This document shows positions 12,601 through 23,838 of a DNA stretch of 45,196 nucleotides, piece by piece. Positions within the stretch are counted from its first letter, which is position 1. Each line of letters begins with the position of its first letter. The notes under the pieces were generated by a model. That model was given only the letters and a program-made list of their open reading frames with translations, made no database searches and was not told the DNA's origin. Source of the stretch: Ancylonema sp. (taxonomy: Eukaryota); contig JBFLGF010000171.1 of NCBI GenBank assembly GCA_050230475.1, forward strand, positions 1 to 45,196, given 5' to 3'. The position numbers and the translations under genes are program-made.

Positions 12601-13870
12601 CTCGAGCAAAGGGCGGCTCCACAGTTCTCCCGCCATCTGTCCCCACCCCTTGTGCGAAACTTCGTTTGTCCGCAGCAGAGACCCCACAGCACATGCCAGG
12701 TGTCGACGCACGGAGCGCTCTGGGGCTAGGAGACCTTCGAGGATTGCCTCCCCTGTGGAGTCCAGGTTAGCGATTTGAGAGGCTGTGGTTCCACCCTGCT
12801 CGCTCCAGATGGCAACAGCCCAAGAGGCCAGCAGAGTGGCCACTGTCTTCCCCGGAAGGTCAGCCCAGATGCTCCCTCCCCCGGACAATTCTGTTGCCAA
12901 CAGGCCGGGCTCCGTGGCGGCTGATACAAGGGGAGGGGAGCGGTGGGAGCTCGAGTCAAGAGACAAAGTGCCATTTCGAAGGAGCGAGAGGGCAGCCTCC
13001 ATGTCTCGAGGGGCAGGAGATAGGCACGAAAAAGTTGCGAGCGGGGCGGAGGAGGTGAGCAGTTCCATGAGCGCATTTAGGAGAGGGTCTGCTGCTGACT
13101 CCTGCTCCTCCTGAGAATCCCACCCATCGCCACTGAGGGCTCACAAATTCTGCTATTTTTTTTGCCAAAGGTTAGAAAACACTCACCCCGCGTTCACACT
13201 GCGACATCGCGTATCTCAGCAGACTCTGAAGAGCCCCGTCGCTTTGCAGAACGAGCAGGGAGCTGTCCGGATGGGACATGAGGTGAGCCATTGCTCTGCC
13301 AGCTTCTATCTGCGCCTCTGGATGCGACCCTGCCAACTGGCGCAAAAGCCACTGTAATGTCGCCCCTCCTCCGGAAACCGTTACGTGGACCCTGTTCTGC
13401 TCGGGAGTGGCCAAATCGGCTAGCAGCCGTGCCACACGCGCTGCCCAGCTGAATTGACACGCTTCCCGCGTTGAATCCCATAATTTGAACAGGCAACCAC
13501 CGAGCACTGCTGTGGATTCGAAGGCAAAGAAGGTGGCGCGACTGAAGTCCCGAATTCCTTCTGCAAAATTAACAGTCCCTTCGCCTAACTGTCGTCGCCG
13601 CTGAGCAGTTGAATCAGATACCCAGCTGTCGGGTAGAGACACGAGCGCAGACCCTCCGATAGCTAGAGGAAGCCAGACGTATGCACCGGGGAGTTTTCCA
13701 AATCGGAAATATGGTGAAGAAAGGGGGCTCCCTGCCTTCTGCTCGCCTGTGGCTTTCACAATGCTGTTTCCAATGTTTCTGCGCCAAATTAGCCGCCAAC
13801 AGCTGGATCGAGAGGGTTGCACACGACAGCGCTGCATTCCCAAGCATTCCCAAAAATTCCTGGCTTGCAT
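9657..13870 (-). CDS. SERAC1: SERAC1-like protein (ARM-like region plus alpha/beta-hydrolase), multi-exon
   Basis: Exons give DVVFVHGLCGGPFKTWR, TNLSEWKAATLP, GVGQRPTVFVCHSMGGLLVKEML (nucleophile motif), LSCPHSGS, VVPIESAWPGFG and DHVNSCKP. Stop at 9657-9659; start ATG at 13870 or 13837. Confidence 0.9.
11768..11852. repeat. (TGAGCAATC)x~9.4 minisatellite in a SERAC1 intron
   Basis: Seven perfect 9-mers plus two degenerate units. Confidence 0.95.
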
Positions 13871-15535
13871 CGGGCAGAGCTGCACACATAAAGAGACAAC
13901 AGGAACAGGAGCTTGAAACTTTTCGTGACTTGGATAATTTCCCTCTTTTAAAATACCCCTGACATGTGATAAGTTGTCACTCACCACTCACCGGACTCGA
14001 CACACGGGCAAGTGACACGAACTGAGTTGGAACTTGAAAATATTTATTATTATATTTATTTTCGTCAGGAGGGATACACGTGGCAGCTTAAACAGGGAAC
14101 ATGCATCAGATCCAATCGTCGATTGGTTATCGTACAATTGTAGACGACACGTGTGTGACAAAGCTCAGCTGGGGATCTCAGGGCGATTGTGGGGATAAGT
14201 GCCGACGCCTTTTTTGTGCCATGTTGTCTTTTTGTACGTTCTTTGGACGTCCCGTCGGAAGCGCTGGTCGATCCGCGAGCGCATTCTGCGCCGTAGCCGG
14301 CTGCTGTTGGCCTCCTCTGTGTTGCACAGATGCGCCAGGTGCCCCTTTTTCTTGGATACGTTATCAAACCTCGCTCAAACCTCTTCATATATATGTGCCG
14401 AGTCTTCATGGACGCGTTTCCACTTCTTAAGGCTTTATACACACCTGCTTCTCAATTTTGCGTGGTCAGAATCCTCATATGTAAGATTCGTGCACACATC
14501 CGTTACTCACACGCACCCATTTACCGTGCGCACATGTCTAGCACACGTGTCCTGTCTAATCCTTGTCCCACGCGATCCATCACTGTACATACCCCAAAAG
14601 CCTACACTAGAAAGACTATGGAGATGTTCAACATAGTGCTAGACTCGACAGTCTTTCGTCCGGATTGGATCGAGAGTCGACTCGAAACTAGGCCCTATGC
14701 CAGGGTAGTGTCCTTGATGACACGATACACATTGCACGCACTGCGAGTACAAAAAAAAGACATGCGGTAGCACATGCTATACGTGATATAACCCTCCCTA
14801 GAGGAATAATTTTATAACTTCCCCCTCCACCATGCGCTCCGCTTTCTTCCCATAGTTGCGCATTGCTGTTAGCTTTGTCTAGTGTGGTCGGTTTACATAT
14901 TTGACAATTTTAAAATGTGCAATTTCTTTACATGCATGGTATTGTGATAAAACGGAATACCCACCGGCTTTCAATGGCACGCAATCCTCTCCTTTTTCAT
15001 GGATCATGAAAAACGACGTGTACGAGTGTGACAATTCTTGATGAATTGTACATGTCAATGACATAATCGTTCAGTACCTATTGCTAGAGGAGACAGACAA
15101 AAAATGTGAAATACGACTTGGCAAACGCGATTTCTCACATCGACCATGTGTGCATGCTCATTCGTGTCATTCTTGTCATCCTTGCAAGTGAATTTAGTGC
15201 CTTGTCCATTGCATAAACACCCCAAAATAATCATGAATGATCATCATGTCATGGGTTTGGCGTCCGTTGTGCGAACATCATTCCACTCCGCATATTACGT
15301 GTCTCATACCCCACCAATGTCGGCATTGGAACCCTTGTTGATTTGTCCGACACCAAGATATGAAAAGTCATTACGAGACATTCAGATCACTTCGACCGAG
15401 GTTGAATTGCGAACGTGGTGGGCATCTTTACCCTTCACCCCACAAAGTGGTCGACACGGCGATCAGACTAGCTGTGGTCGCACTATTCACACTTCGAAAT
15501 TGAATGTGGTGGTGCCTCTGCCTGACACGAGGACA

Positions 15536-18500
15536 CTACTGAGACGGAGTTTCGGCTTCAATTTTGCCCACTCCAGCTTGCTTCTGGAGTGATTCGATGA
15601 TGTCAACTAGCTCCAAATTCACCTGAATCCCAAACCACAACCGGCGGCGTCAGCCATCCTCCGAACCCACTAGTAAAGTCATGCCCACAACATATATATA
15701 TGTTGTGGGCATATATATATATATATATATGCCCACAATATATATATTGTGGGCAATATATATATATATATATTGCCCCCAATATATATATTATATGAAG
15801 TCATGCCCACAACATGCTTCTCTCCCCGTTTCCGCATTCCCTCACCATAAGAATGCCACCACCTTCCCTATGACTTCTGTGGTTTGATAGCTTGGTGTAC
15901 ACATGAATCGAAGACAGAGACAAAGACGTAGAAGGTGTGTGTCTCCACCCTTCCAACCCGAGTGCCACTACTTGGAGCAATGGCGAGCACCTGCGGGTTG
16001 AGCAGCAGGTCTCCGATGTCAGCGCAGCAGCGCGGCGGTGGACACGGCTTCGCCACTTTCACTCTCCGCAACTCGCGCCCCCCCCCCCCCCTGTCCCGGA
16101 CTTCCCCCGAGGCTCCAAACTTGGCGAGCAGGCAGGGGCGGCAGAAGTTGTGGCCGCAGGAGGTCGACACCGGGCTGCTCAGGACCTTCCCGCACAGCCC
16201 GCAACCGAACTCTGCACCGGGGCATGCCGGTTATCAACTCATCACCTCATCACCTCATCCAGATTCAAGTTTCGGGATTCAGGATTCAGGATTCAGGATT
16301 CAGGATTCAGGATTCAGGATTCAGGATTCACATACCTCTGAGGAGCCGTTTTTGGTGGCTGCCCGGGTTCCGGTTGGCCCCTGGAGTGCCACCTGGCACC
16401 TTCTTGCTGCAGGGGGGCTCCCTGGTCCAGCCCCACTTCTCCTCCTCTGACTGGCCCCCCTCATCCCTTACATCCGCTCAACACAAAGGCTGCAAATGCC
16501 ATTCCCGCATGGAGGCGGGCCCCACCTTCCAGTCCCAGGCGGGGGCGCCCTCTCTTTCTGTCAGGTCAATGCCGCCTTTCAGCTCCGGAAGGTTCGGAAG
16601 GTCTCGAGGGCGATCCCCATGTGCTTCGCTGCCATCCGCCACCCAGCCTCAGGAACCGCCCTGTGAGCAGCGGTGCCTCCCTTTCCCCCACAGTGCCACC
16701 TTGCCACCCTGCCACCTTCTCACCTCGCCCACGGTGCCGGGTCGTTGTCGCAGCGCACAAACAGGTAGCGGCACACAAGGTGGCCCTGCACCCCTTAGCC
16801 CACGGAGGGATGTGAGATGGTGATGTGGGTGTGGCTGTGGGTGTGGGTGTGGGGAGGGAGGGGGCTCACCCCTGCCCCCTTCTTTCTCCAGCACTTCTCA
16901 ATGCGGTAGATGCCGTCGTAGCGCACACCGCCCTCTGGGGCGTAGTTGGACCGCTCTTTGTGTGATCTGCCGGGGGGGGAGGAAGGATGGAAGGTCCGAC
17001 GGTTGGAATGGATCGAGGGTTGATGGCGGAGGAAGGGGAGGTGCTGTGTCCCCACCTCACTACTCGCACAGGGTAGCCGTTGCGGCAGCTCACACGGAGC
17101 GCTTCGTTGGCACTCTCGAAGCGCTGGTCGAAGGAGTGCTCCTTGTTGGTGCGCTTGTTGCCGCTCAGGTCTCGACCGCCGCTGAACCAACCCTCAGCCC
17201 ACAGCTGTCACCTCCACCCCACCCTCGCCTTCAATGCTGCAGGGAAGGCGTGGGCAGGGGAGCACCTGCCCGTGTACAGGAAGTGGTCTCCCTTGTCGAT
17301 GTCGTCCTCATACCCTCCAGACAGAGCCACCGACTGAGCGCCGTGGTCTGATTGGCCTGACACCCACCCACGACACAGATCCCTGTCATTCCCCATGCCT
17401 TGGCACCGTCCCCTTCCATGGATGCTGAGGGTTAAGGTGGGGAGTGAGCCCATTCCTGTTGCAGAGTTGAGTCTGTGGCAGCATCTTGTCTCTACCTGCA
17501 ATGCCTGCCACGTGTGGGAAGTGGGCTCCCCATTGGCGGCATTCCATTCGATCTTCCCACTGCTCCCCCACACAGACACCTTTGTTTCGTAGGGGGTCAA
17601 ACTCTGCAGTGATTGGCCCAAAATGGTCTGGAGGAATGGTGACAAAAATTCGGCCGCTGCAAGCGTTCGCCTGTCCGGTCTTCACGGCGCGCTCCGTGGT
17701 GAACGCTTTCTCGGGCCGCCTCTCATTGGCCACGGAGGTGTAGGGCCGCGATTGAGGCTGGGCCTCCTGCTTGGCGATGCGAATGGCAGCCACCAGGACC
17801 GCATTGATTCGGGGCTGAGAGGCCATCTTCGGGGGTATGACAGCGCGGCATTTGGCGCAGCTCCTCTTCCCTTGACCGACCCACTTCTCGAAGCATTTGA
17901 GACAAAAGTTATGGCCGCAGGGAGTCTGTGCAAAGAAATTCAGGCACTTGCTCAGTCTCACCGAAAGCGGTCCTGCTCCCACTGCTCCTCCCTACTGACA
18001 CCTCTGCAGCATTGTCAGCCATTCTGTGTAGAGAGACGCATATATGGTGCAGAAGCAAAACGCTCTGCTTTGCGACGATGTCGCGACAACAAGGTGGCAA
18101 CTCAGAATCACAATGTAGATAAGCTGCAGACTTTCTGCGGATTGGGACGGGAATGAAGACTTACAGTGACTGGTCTGTCTACGACCTGGAGGCAAAAGAT
18201 GCAATTCATCATCTCATCAAGGATCTCTACCGCCGAGCTTCCATTCTTGGACGCTATCTCTGACACTTTCTGCCTTTTACTCGGCTGGCCGTCATCTTGT
18301 TCAGGCCCCGTAAAATATTCCTGCCTCCTCTTTGCTTTCTGGGCGTCTGTAAGGCTACAGTCATTCTCGATTGACCTTAGCTGCTGACTCAAACTTTGAC
18401 CGTTTGGTGGTAAAGAAGCGATACAATCCCCGTGACCACTGCGTTCAGCAGTACCATCGCAGTCTGGGCACATCCATTTATCCTCCGGAGGGTGGACAGG

Positions 18501-18641
18501 CCGAGTACGCAAGCAGTTAATATGCCAGGGACTCGCACAGCTGCCGCAGCGAAGGCAGGAATCCGGCTTCGGTTTTTCTTTACAGCACATGCACGCACCG
18601 GAAGGGTCTAGAGGCAAGTCAAGAGCCACCTCCGATCCCAT
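15536..18641 (-). CDS. ORTH: ORTHRUS/VIM (UHRF1-like) E3 ligase: PHD-RING-SRA-RING
   Basis: PHD (CMCC..CGSCASPWHINCL..WMCPDC), RING (CIFCLQVVDRPVT/TPCGHNFCLKC), SRA (WEDRMECRQWGAHFPHVAGIAG..ALSGGYEDDIDKG..GVRYDGIYR), second RING (CGLCGK..CGHNFCRPC); last exon VNLELVDIIESLQ..* at 15622-15536. Confidence 0.95.
15676..15815. repeat. Serial-palindrome AT-rich insert bounded by 18-bp direct repeats, in the last ORTH intron
   Basis: aagtcatgcccacaacat at 15676-15693 and 15798-15815; between them tgcccacaa and ttgtgggca alternate, separated by (TA)n runs. Confidence 0.9.
16276..16330. repeat. (GATTCAG)x~8 tandem repeat in an ORTH intron
   Basis: Seven perfect 7-mers plus a partial unit, starting a few nt inside the donor site. 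Confidence 0.95.
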
Positions 18642-19199
18642 GGTGTGTGTAATTTGGAATTTATCCTGAATGCTTATTCACTTCGCAATGAGCGCGCTTA
18701 GTCCTGCATTGTATAGAAATCAGCAGGTCGTCTGACGTCAATCTTGTTAATTGCTAACAAAATTGGCGATTTTGGCAGCGGAGCATCGCACGCCTCTACG
18801 GTTGCGCTGCCTACGGACGTGCCACAGCTTGACTGTCCCCTCTGAATATTTCGCCAGTCTGTCGGCTCTGCATCTACTGACCGACATGAGCTCCTGTGTA
18901 GTGTACTAGGAGAGTGACCGTTGAAAACTAAAAAACCGGTGTACGCAATCTTGCACACTTCTGAACGACAGAAAGTACCGAAAATAATTTAATAATTGGT
19001 TAATAGCAACCAACACGAACGTGGAAGACGAGAAACTTTCGGTATATCGCATGTGCCCATCTCATGTGCCCTCCTCTCGCAACCAGCGAAAGGGCGGGAA
19101 TATCAATGTTTGAATCATAATCGTCCCATACTCACTCTTTTGCCGCATCAATATTCTCGTGGTGCTTACTGCCGTGCTTGCAGTGAGAAATGCCGCTGT

Positions 19200-20930
19200 T
19201 GGAACGGCCTTCAAGGATTTGGTGTCCTATGTTCTGGCAGCTATGATATCTTGTACCCTCGACTTATAGGTTGGTGGCGAGACTGTGTGAGTCGAGTCTC
19301 TGGGCTCTTGCCTTCCACAACAGTATAAATCTCGCCAGAGGGCGATATCTCCAATTACCCAAAGCGGTGGTTGCGCCTGGTGTCAGATGAACGTATCCAG
19401 AGAGCTGGCGTTCCGTCCCTCTTGGAAATGAGCACATACTTGAACATTCAAGCCATATTAGCAGAGGATGAGGTACGCCGCAGTCGCTGGAAGCTTTCGG
19501 TCACTCATGAAACTGACTGACCGGAAATTTTTGGAATTATCTGTACAGAAGATACCGGTCGTCTTTAAGACTAGCGTCACTGGACTCGGGCGTATTCTGG
19601 ATCCCAGCTGCGATGATGACGATGTGAGTACCAGCCAGACTTTCTGAAGGGGTGGCAGGTGCTCCAGGTCTCCTCTGTTCACCTCCGAGAGGAATTGGGA
19701 TCAATTGGAGTCTCAGGGTGATAGAGCACAAAAAATGTTGCTAACCTCTGGTCTGTACCAAAGGCGGAGTCATATCTGTTTGTCACAAGATTGTTGTGGT
19801 GCGATGCCTGTGCCGTACCGAGGATGAACACAAATGAAAGTCCTTTCAAATTCACAACAACGTCACTCGTGGTCATAAACCTTCTTGTGGAATTATGCTA
19901 TGTTATTAATGATCGACGATGGGTTGTCAAGGAAATACGTGCTTTCCAGAATGATGCCTGGAAGATGATCAATCATCCTTCGTTACAAACATAGGGAGAC
20001 CCATATGCTCGTGGACTATGCCGTGGTTATGGCATACCACATCCCATGAACAAAATGACCTGACAGCAGAGATACCCCCCCATCTCCTTCCCAGTTGGAT
20101 TTGGGAGCACGGGTCGATATGCCATACTTCCTCATTCCAGCTCTCGTAGAGCGGAGCATGATTCATGTGAATGCTCCAAAGTACTACGGGGAAAGGTGAT
20201 GTTTCACCTGAATCTTTCGGCACATAAAGAACCAAATCATGAGGAACTTGTAAAAATGTGTCGTCTGTGATCATGGTGAAATGAACAGGTCTGCCAGTTA
20301 CCAATACAACCCCGGGCTTTAACAGAATCAGTCATACAAAGCAACCAAGGGATCAGCATGTGTATTTCGCAATCCTTTATGGCGTGATTAGATCTTCCAT
20401 ACACAAAACCTAAAGTTGGTTTCTCTCCTACCCTCCTATCATGTAACAGGGTACGTCGAGAGATGAGGGCTGATGCGGGCTGCGTCAACCTGCGAGAATG
20501 CTCTCACTTCTATTACGAGCTGGGCTTGAATCTCCACAAACTGTGAGCCCCCGACCCCATTGGCAGCACGTCAGGAAAAGGTACAAACCGTTAGAATACA
20601 TGTGACCGCACACAACCTTTTTCGTGTCTGTGTACAAATCGTGAGTAGGGAGACCCACAGCAATTAGCAGCCACCAGTGTATCAATGGATCTTCCGCCCG
20701 AGTCTCATAATATGACGTGTACCTGCATGATGTGTAAAAATCTGCCGACCTGCCAGTAGCGATAATTCAGGCCTAGCAGAGACTATTCGGCTGGCCTCAT
20801 TCTTATCTGAGCTTCAGCATTCCAATCTCTTTCTCTTTGCTCGCAGGAATGTCGATAAGGGTCTTGGAGCATGGCTGAAATTAGCTTTTGACGAACGATT
20901 CAAAGGGATCCTGCACAGATCCCACACCTA
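19200..20930 (-). pseudogene. Chain of frameshifted ORF fragments of unknown family
   Basis: Successive overlapping minus-strand ORFs (20485-20685, 20237-20488, 19969-20304, 19679-19876, 19458-19682) tile the region end to end with protein-like composition; no family recognised. Confidence 0.35.
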
Positions 20931-21850
20931 CTCAGATAAAACGGTGACAGATCTGGAGAGGATTCTCTCGCGGGAGGAGATTCAGTGTGAGCAGACTCTG
21001 CTCCTTGGGTTTGACAGCAAACCTAACACTCACCCTCACTATTGGCTTCATCGATTTAATCTTTTAATTTTTTTTGATCCTCATCCGGTATTCATGAAAA
21101 ACAGGTACGCTGTTACAACGAAACATTGCCATAGGTGACAATGATGATCACAGAGCACTCTAGCTGATGGGAATGCTGTTTCTTTTTGCTTTGCAGTGGT
21201 GCACGCCGCTCGACAATCATACTCCAGCTTTCAGATGTGGAAGAAGCGAGAGAAACGGTTCATTGTTGCAAGTTCCATTAGCGGCAAATCAAAGAGGAGC
21301 CGGGAACCTCTGTCCAGTGTCGACCTTAACAGCAGTGACAGCAGCAGAAGCCGACAGATGAGATGAGAGGGGGTCAGCATATGCCTCATGGTAGCTTGTG
21401 ATATACTCGTTACCAAGGTTACGGAGCAAGAGATGCTGCCAAGGAGACAGCTTCATTGTTTTTTTGTGTAGAAACGGTTTTTATGTACATTATTTTGACA
21501 GCCCACGATGAATCATCGATCATCGTGCACGCTTTGTAGAGCATCTCCTCCCCTCGCCCTTAGGACATGCGCTGGAGTGAAACAGGACTCAGAATAGTGA
21601 CATTTCTGACAGCATTGAGGTTGTTACAATAGCTCTTCATGTATGTCTACATCATGTCAGACTGAAGGAGTTGACAATGATTCCTCGCTTGATATCAATT
21701 CATACATGACCGTAAATATTGCAATGATTTCCCAAAAATTTGCGACTTGAAGGAGGTGTACGGATTGCTTCCTGTACACTGAGTATTCGGTCAAAATATG
21801 CAGCGAAAAGAGATGTATGCTTGAGTTTGTTACGATTGACTGTTACAATT

Positions 21851-21902
21851 AACAATCGTAACAATCGTAACAATCGTAACAATCGTAACAATCGTAACAA
21901 TC
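21851..21902. repeat. (AACAATCGT)x~5.8 minisatellite
   Basis: Five perfect 9-mers plus a partial unit; an inverted copy ttgttacgattg lies at 21827-21838. Confidence 0.95.
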
Positions 21903-23077
21903 CCCTGTGATTGTTTGAAGGACTCATCAGTGGTCCTGGTCGGCTAGAACTGGGCCAGCACTTCAATCTTTGCAGGCCTTACCCCTCTGGTTGTGCCTAA
22001 GTACAGATCAGCTGACACATTCAGTTCTCAGAAATTTTGTGCACACGGGTCGACCAGAGCACCAATCGGGTATTTTTTCTTCGGATCAAATTGGAGTTTG
22101 TTTATGACGTGAATCATGTTTAAAAAGACTCCATGTTATACAATCCAGCACAGACTTCAGAGTCGAGCAGTGGGTGATGTCGAAAATTTGGCAAAACTAA
22201 TTTGCTTCCGACTTCCAAGCTGGCTGACAGGTTTGAGTTGAGCTCGAACTACTGAAGCAGTACCACGTTACTAAGCGGAAAAGAATTGCTCTGGGCAGCA
22301 ACACTGTTGATTGCTGACTGCCACAATGCAGAGCTGTCTGAAATAGATACACCAGAGCAAATTCTGTACACACCCATGGACCCAAACTTGCGGCCCAAAC
22401 CCCCTGAAAACTTGTGCTCCCTTTCCGATTGCATGCCTGCCTAAGGCGGAGACCAACCTCCAGATAGAAACCTGTCTCTGAATTCAGTGGTCTTTGCAAC
22501 CACGTAAAACACTGCCACCCACCAGCCCTGCCCTGAATGACAAACAAATTCCAGATGAAACAGACAGGCCAGCCAGCAAGTGTAAGAAAGACCGACACAT
22601 CCAGAGTTGATGGATGGGATGCCAGCATTTTTCCATGACCTAGTTTGGCAGCTCACCTGGCACCCCCAAGAGGACATGGCCTGGCTGGGAGACCACCTCA
22701 CCCAACTTGGCCCCCAGCTTCACCTTTTTCCACCTCCTTGCTGAACCCGTATCCCCCCACCATAGCACCACTCAGTCACCCAGCCCGCTGTGGAAGAAAG
22801 GTGTGGCGAGACTCACTGCCCCAGTCCTTGGGCGGCCCGTCCCCTTCTTCCGACCCCTCTTCACCCGTAAGCAGAGACTCCACCAGTTGCTTCCTGGAAA
22901 GCACTCCCACTGCATGGGTCTGCACCCCACCCCACCCCACCTGCGATATGCCCAATACCAGCAGCAGGTGGTGGGTGGTGCAGGGCTTCAGCTCACCTGG
23001 TAGTAAAGCTCCACAGCCTCCCGTTTGTAGGCCCCCTGCTCATCCCACTCCAAGGGAGCGGCCCCTTCTCCGAACAT

Positions 23078-23180
23078 GTGCACCTCAGCGATGTGAAGGA
23101 ACACAAGAAGAGGAGGAGGAGGAGGAGAAGAAGTCCTGTGGTCTGCCACCTGACGGCATGAGAGAGGAGTGAAAGGATAT
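23078..23180 (-). other. U12-type AT-AC minor-spliceosome intron in TTC4
   Basis: Donor ATATCCTTTC, branch-like TTCCTTCAC about 15 nt upstream of a CAC acceptor; removal joins EDHLNQ|MFGEGAAPLEWD in frame. Confidence 0.9.
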
Positions 23181-23711
23181 TTGATTCAAGTGGTCTTCGA
23201 AGCGATCCGATTCACAGAAGTCCTCGATGACATCCACAGCCATGGGCTGCGGGTAGATCATGAGACACGGCCAGTGCAGAATGCCTTCGCTGTCCAGCTG
23301 CGCCTTTCTGCCGCCAATGTGACTGCTGTACTCTGCGGGGCCCACTGCCACATGGCGGGCTGCCAGGGCATCGGCGAGGGCCTGCACATGAGGTGGGCAC
23401 ATGACGTCGATCAAGTTGTATCTCCTACCGGGGCCATCTCCAACTCACCTCAGCACCTGCCCGCTTATCCTGTGCCAGCTTCAGGTGGACCTCGTGCTCC
23501 GCCACTTTGTTTTGCGACTTCTTCGCGATCTGCTGCAACTCCTGGTTGTGTTCGTCGTGCTCCAGTCCTTTTCTGCAGTACCGTATCGCGGCCTCGTGAT
23601 TTTCAAGCGCCACCGCTGCTTTGGCGGCCCTGAAGTAAGCCTGCCACCACAAACCGCCTTCATCACGCGTAACCTCGTTCACAACATGGATATCTTTCAC
23701 ACAATCTCTAT

Positions 23712-23838
23712 GCTGAGGGGCTGAGGGGCTGAGGGGCTGAGGGGCTGAGGGGGAGCACTGACGTGGGCTTTGATAGGGGCTGAGGGGATTGACCGGTCAC
23801 AGTCCTTTGTGGGGGCAGTTGAGGGGCTGAGGGGCTGA
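23712..23838. repeat. (GCTGAGGG)n tandem and dispersed array inside TTC4
   Basis: About five tandem units at 23712-23751 and further units to ~23838. Confidence 0.85.

Noticed and set aside
13990..15500. Possible transposon in the SERAC1-ORTH intergenic region
   Set aside because: Only weak partial inverted similarity; no clear TIR, TSD or coding motif.
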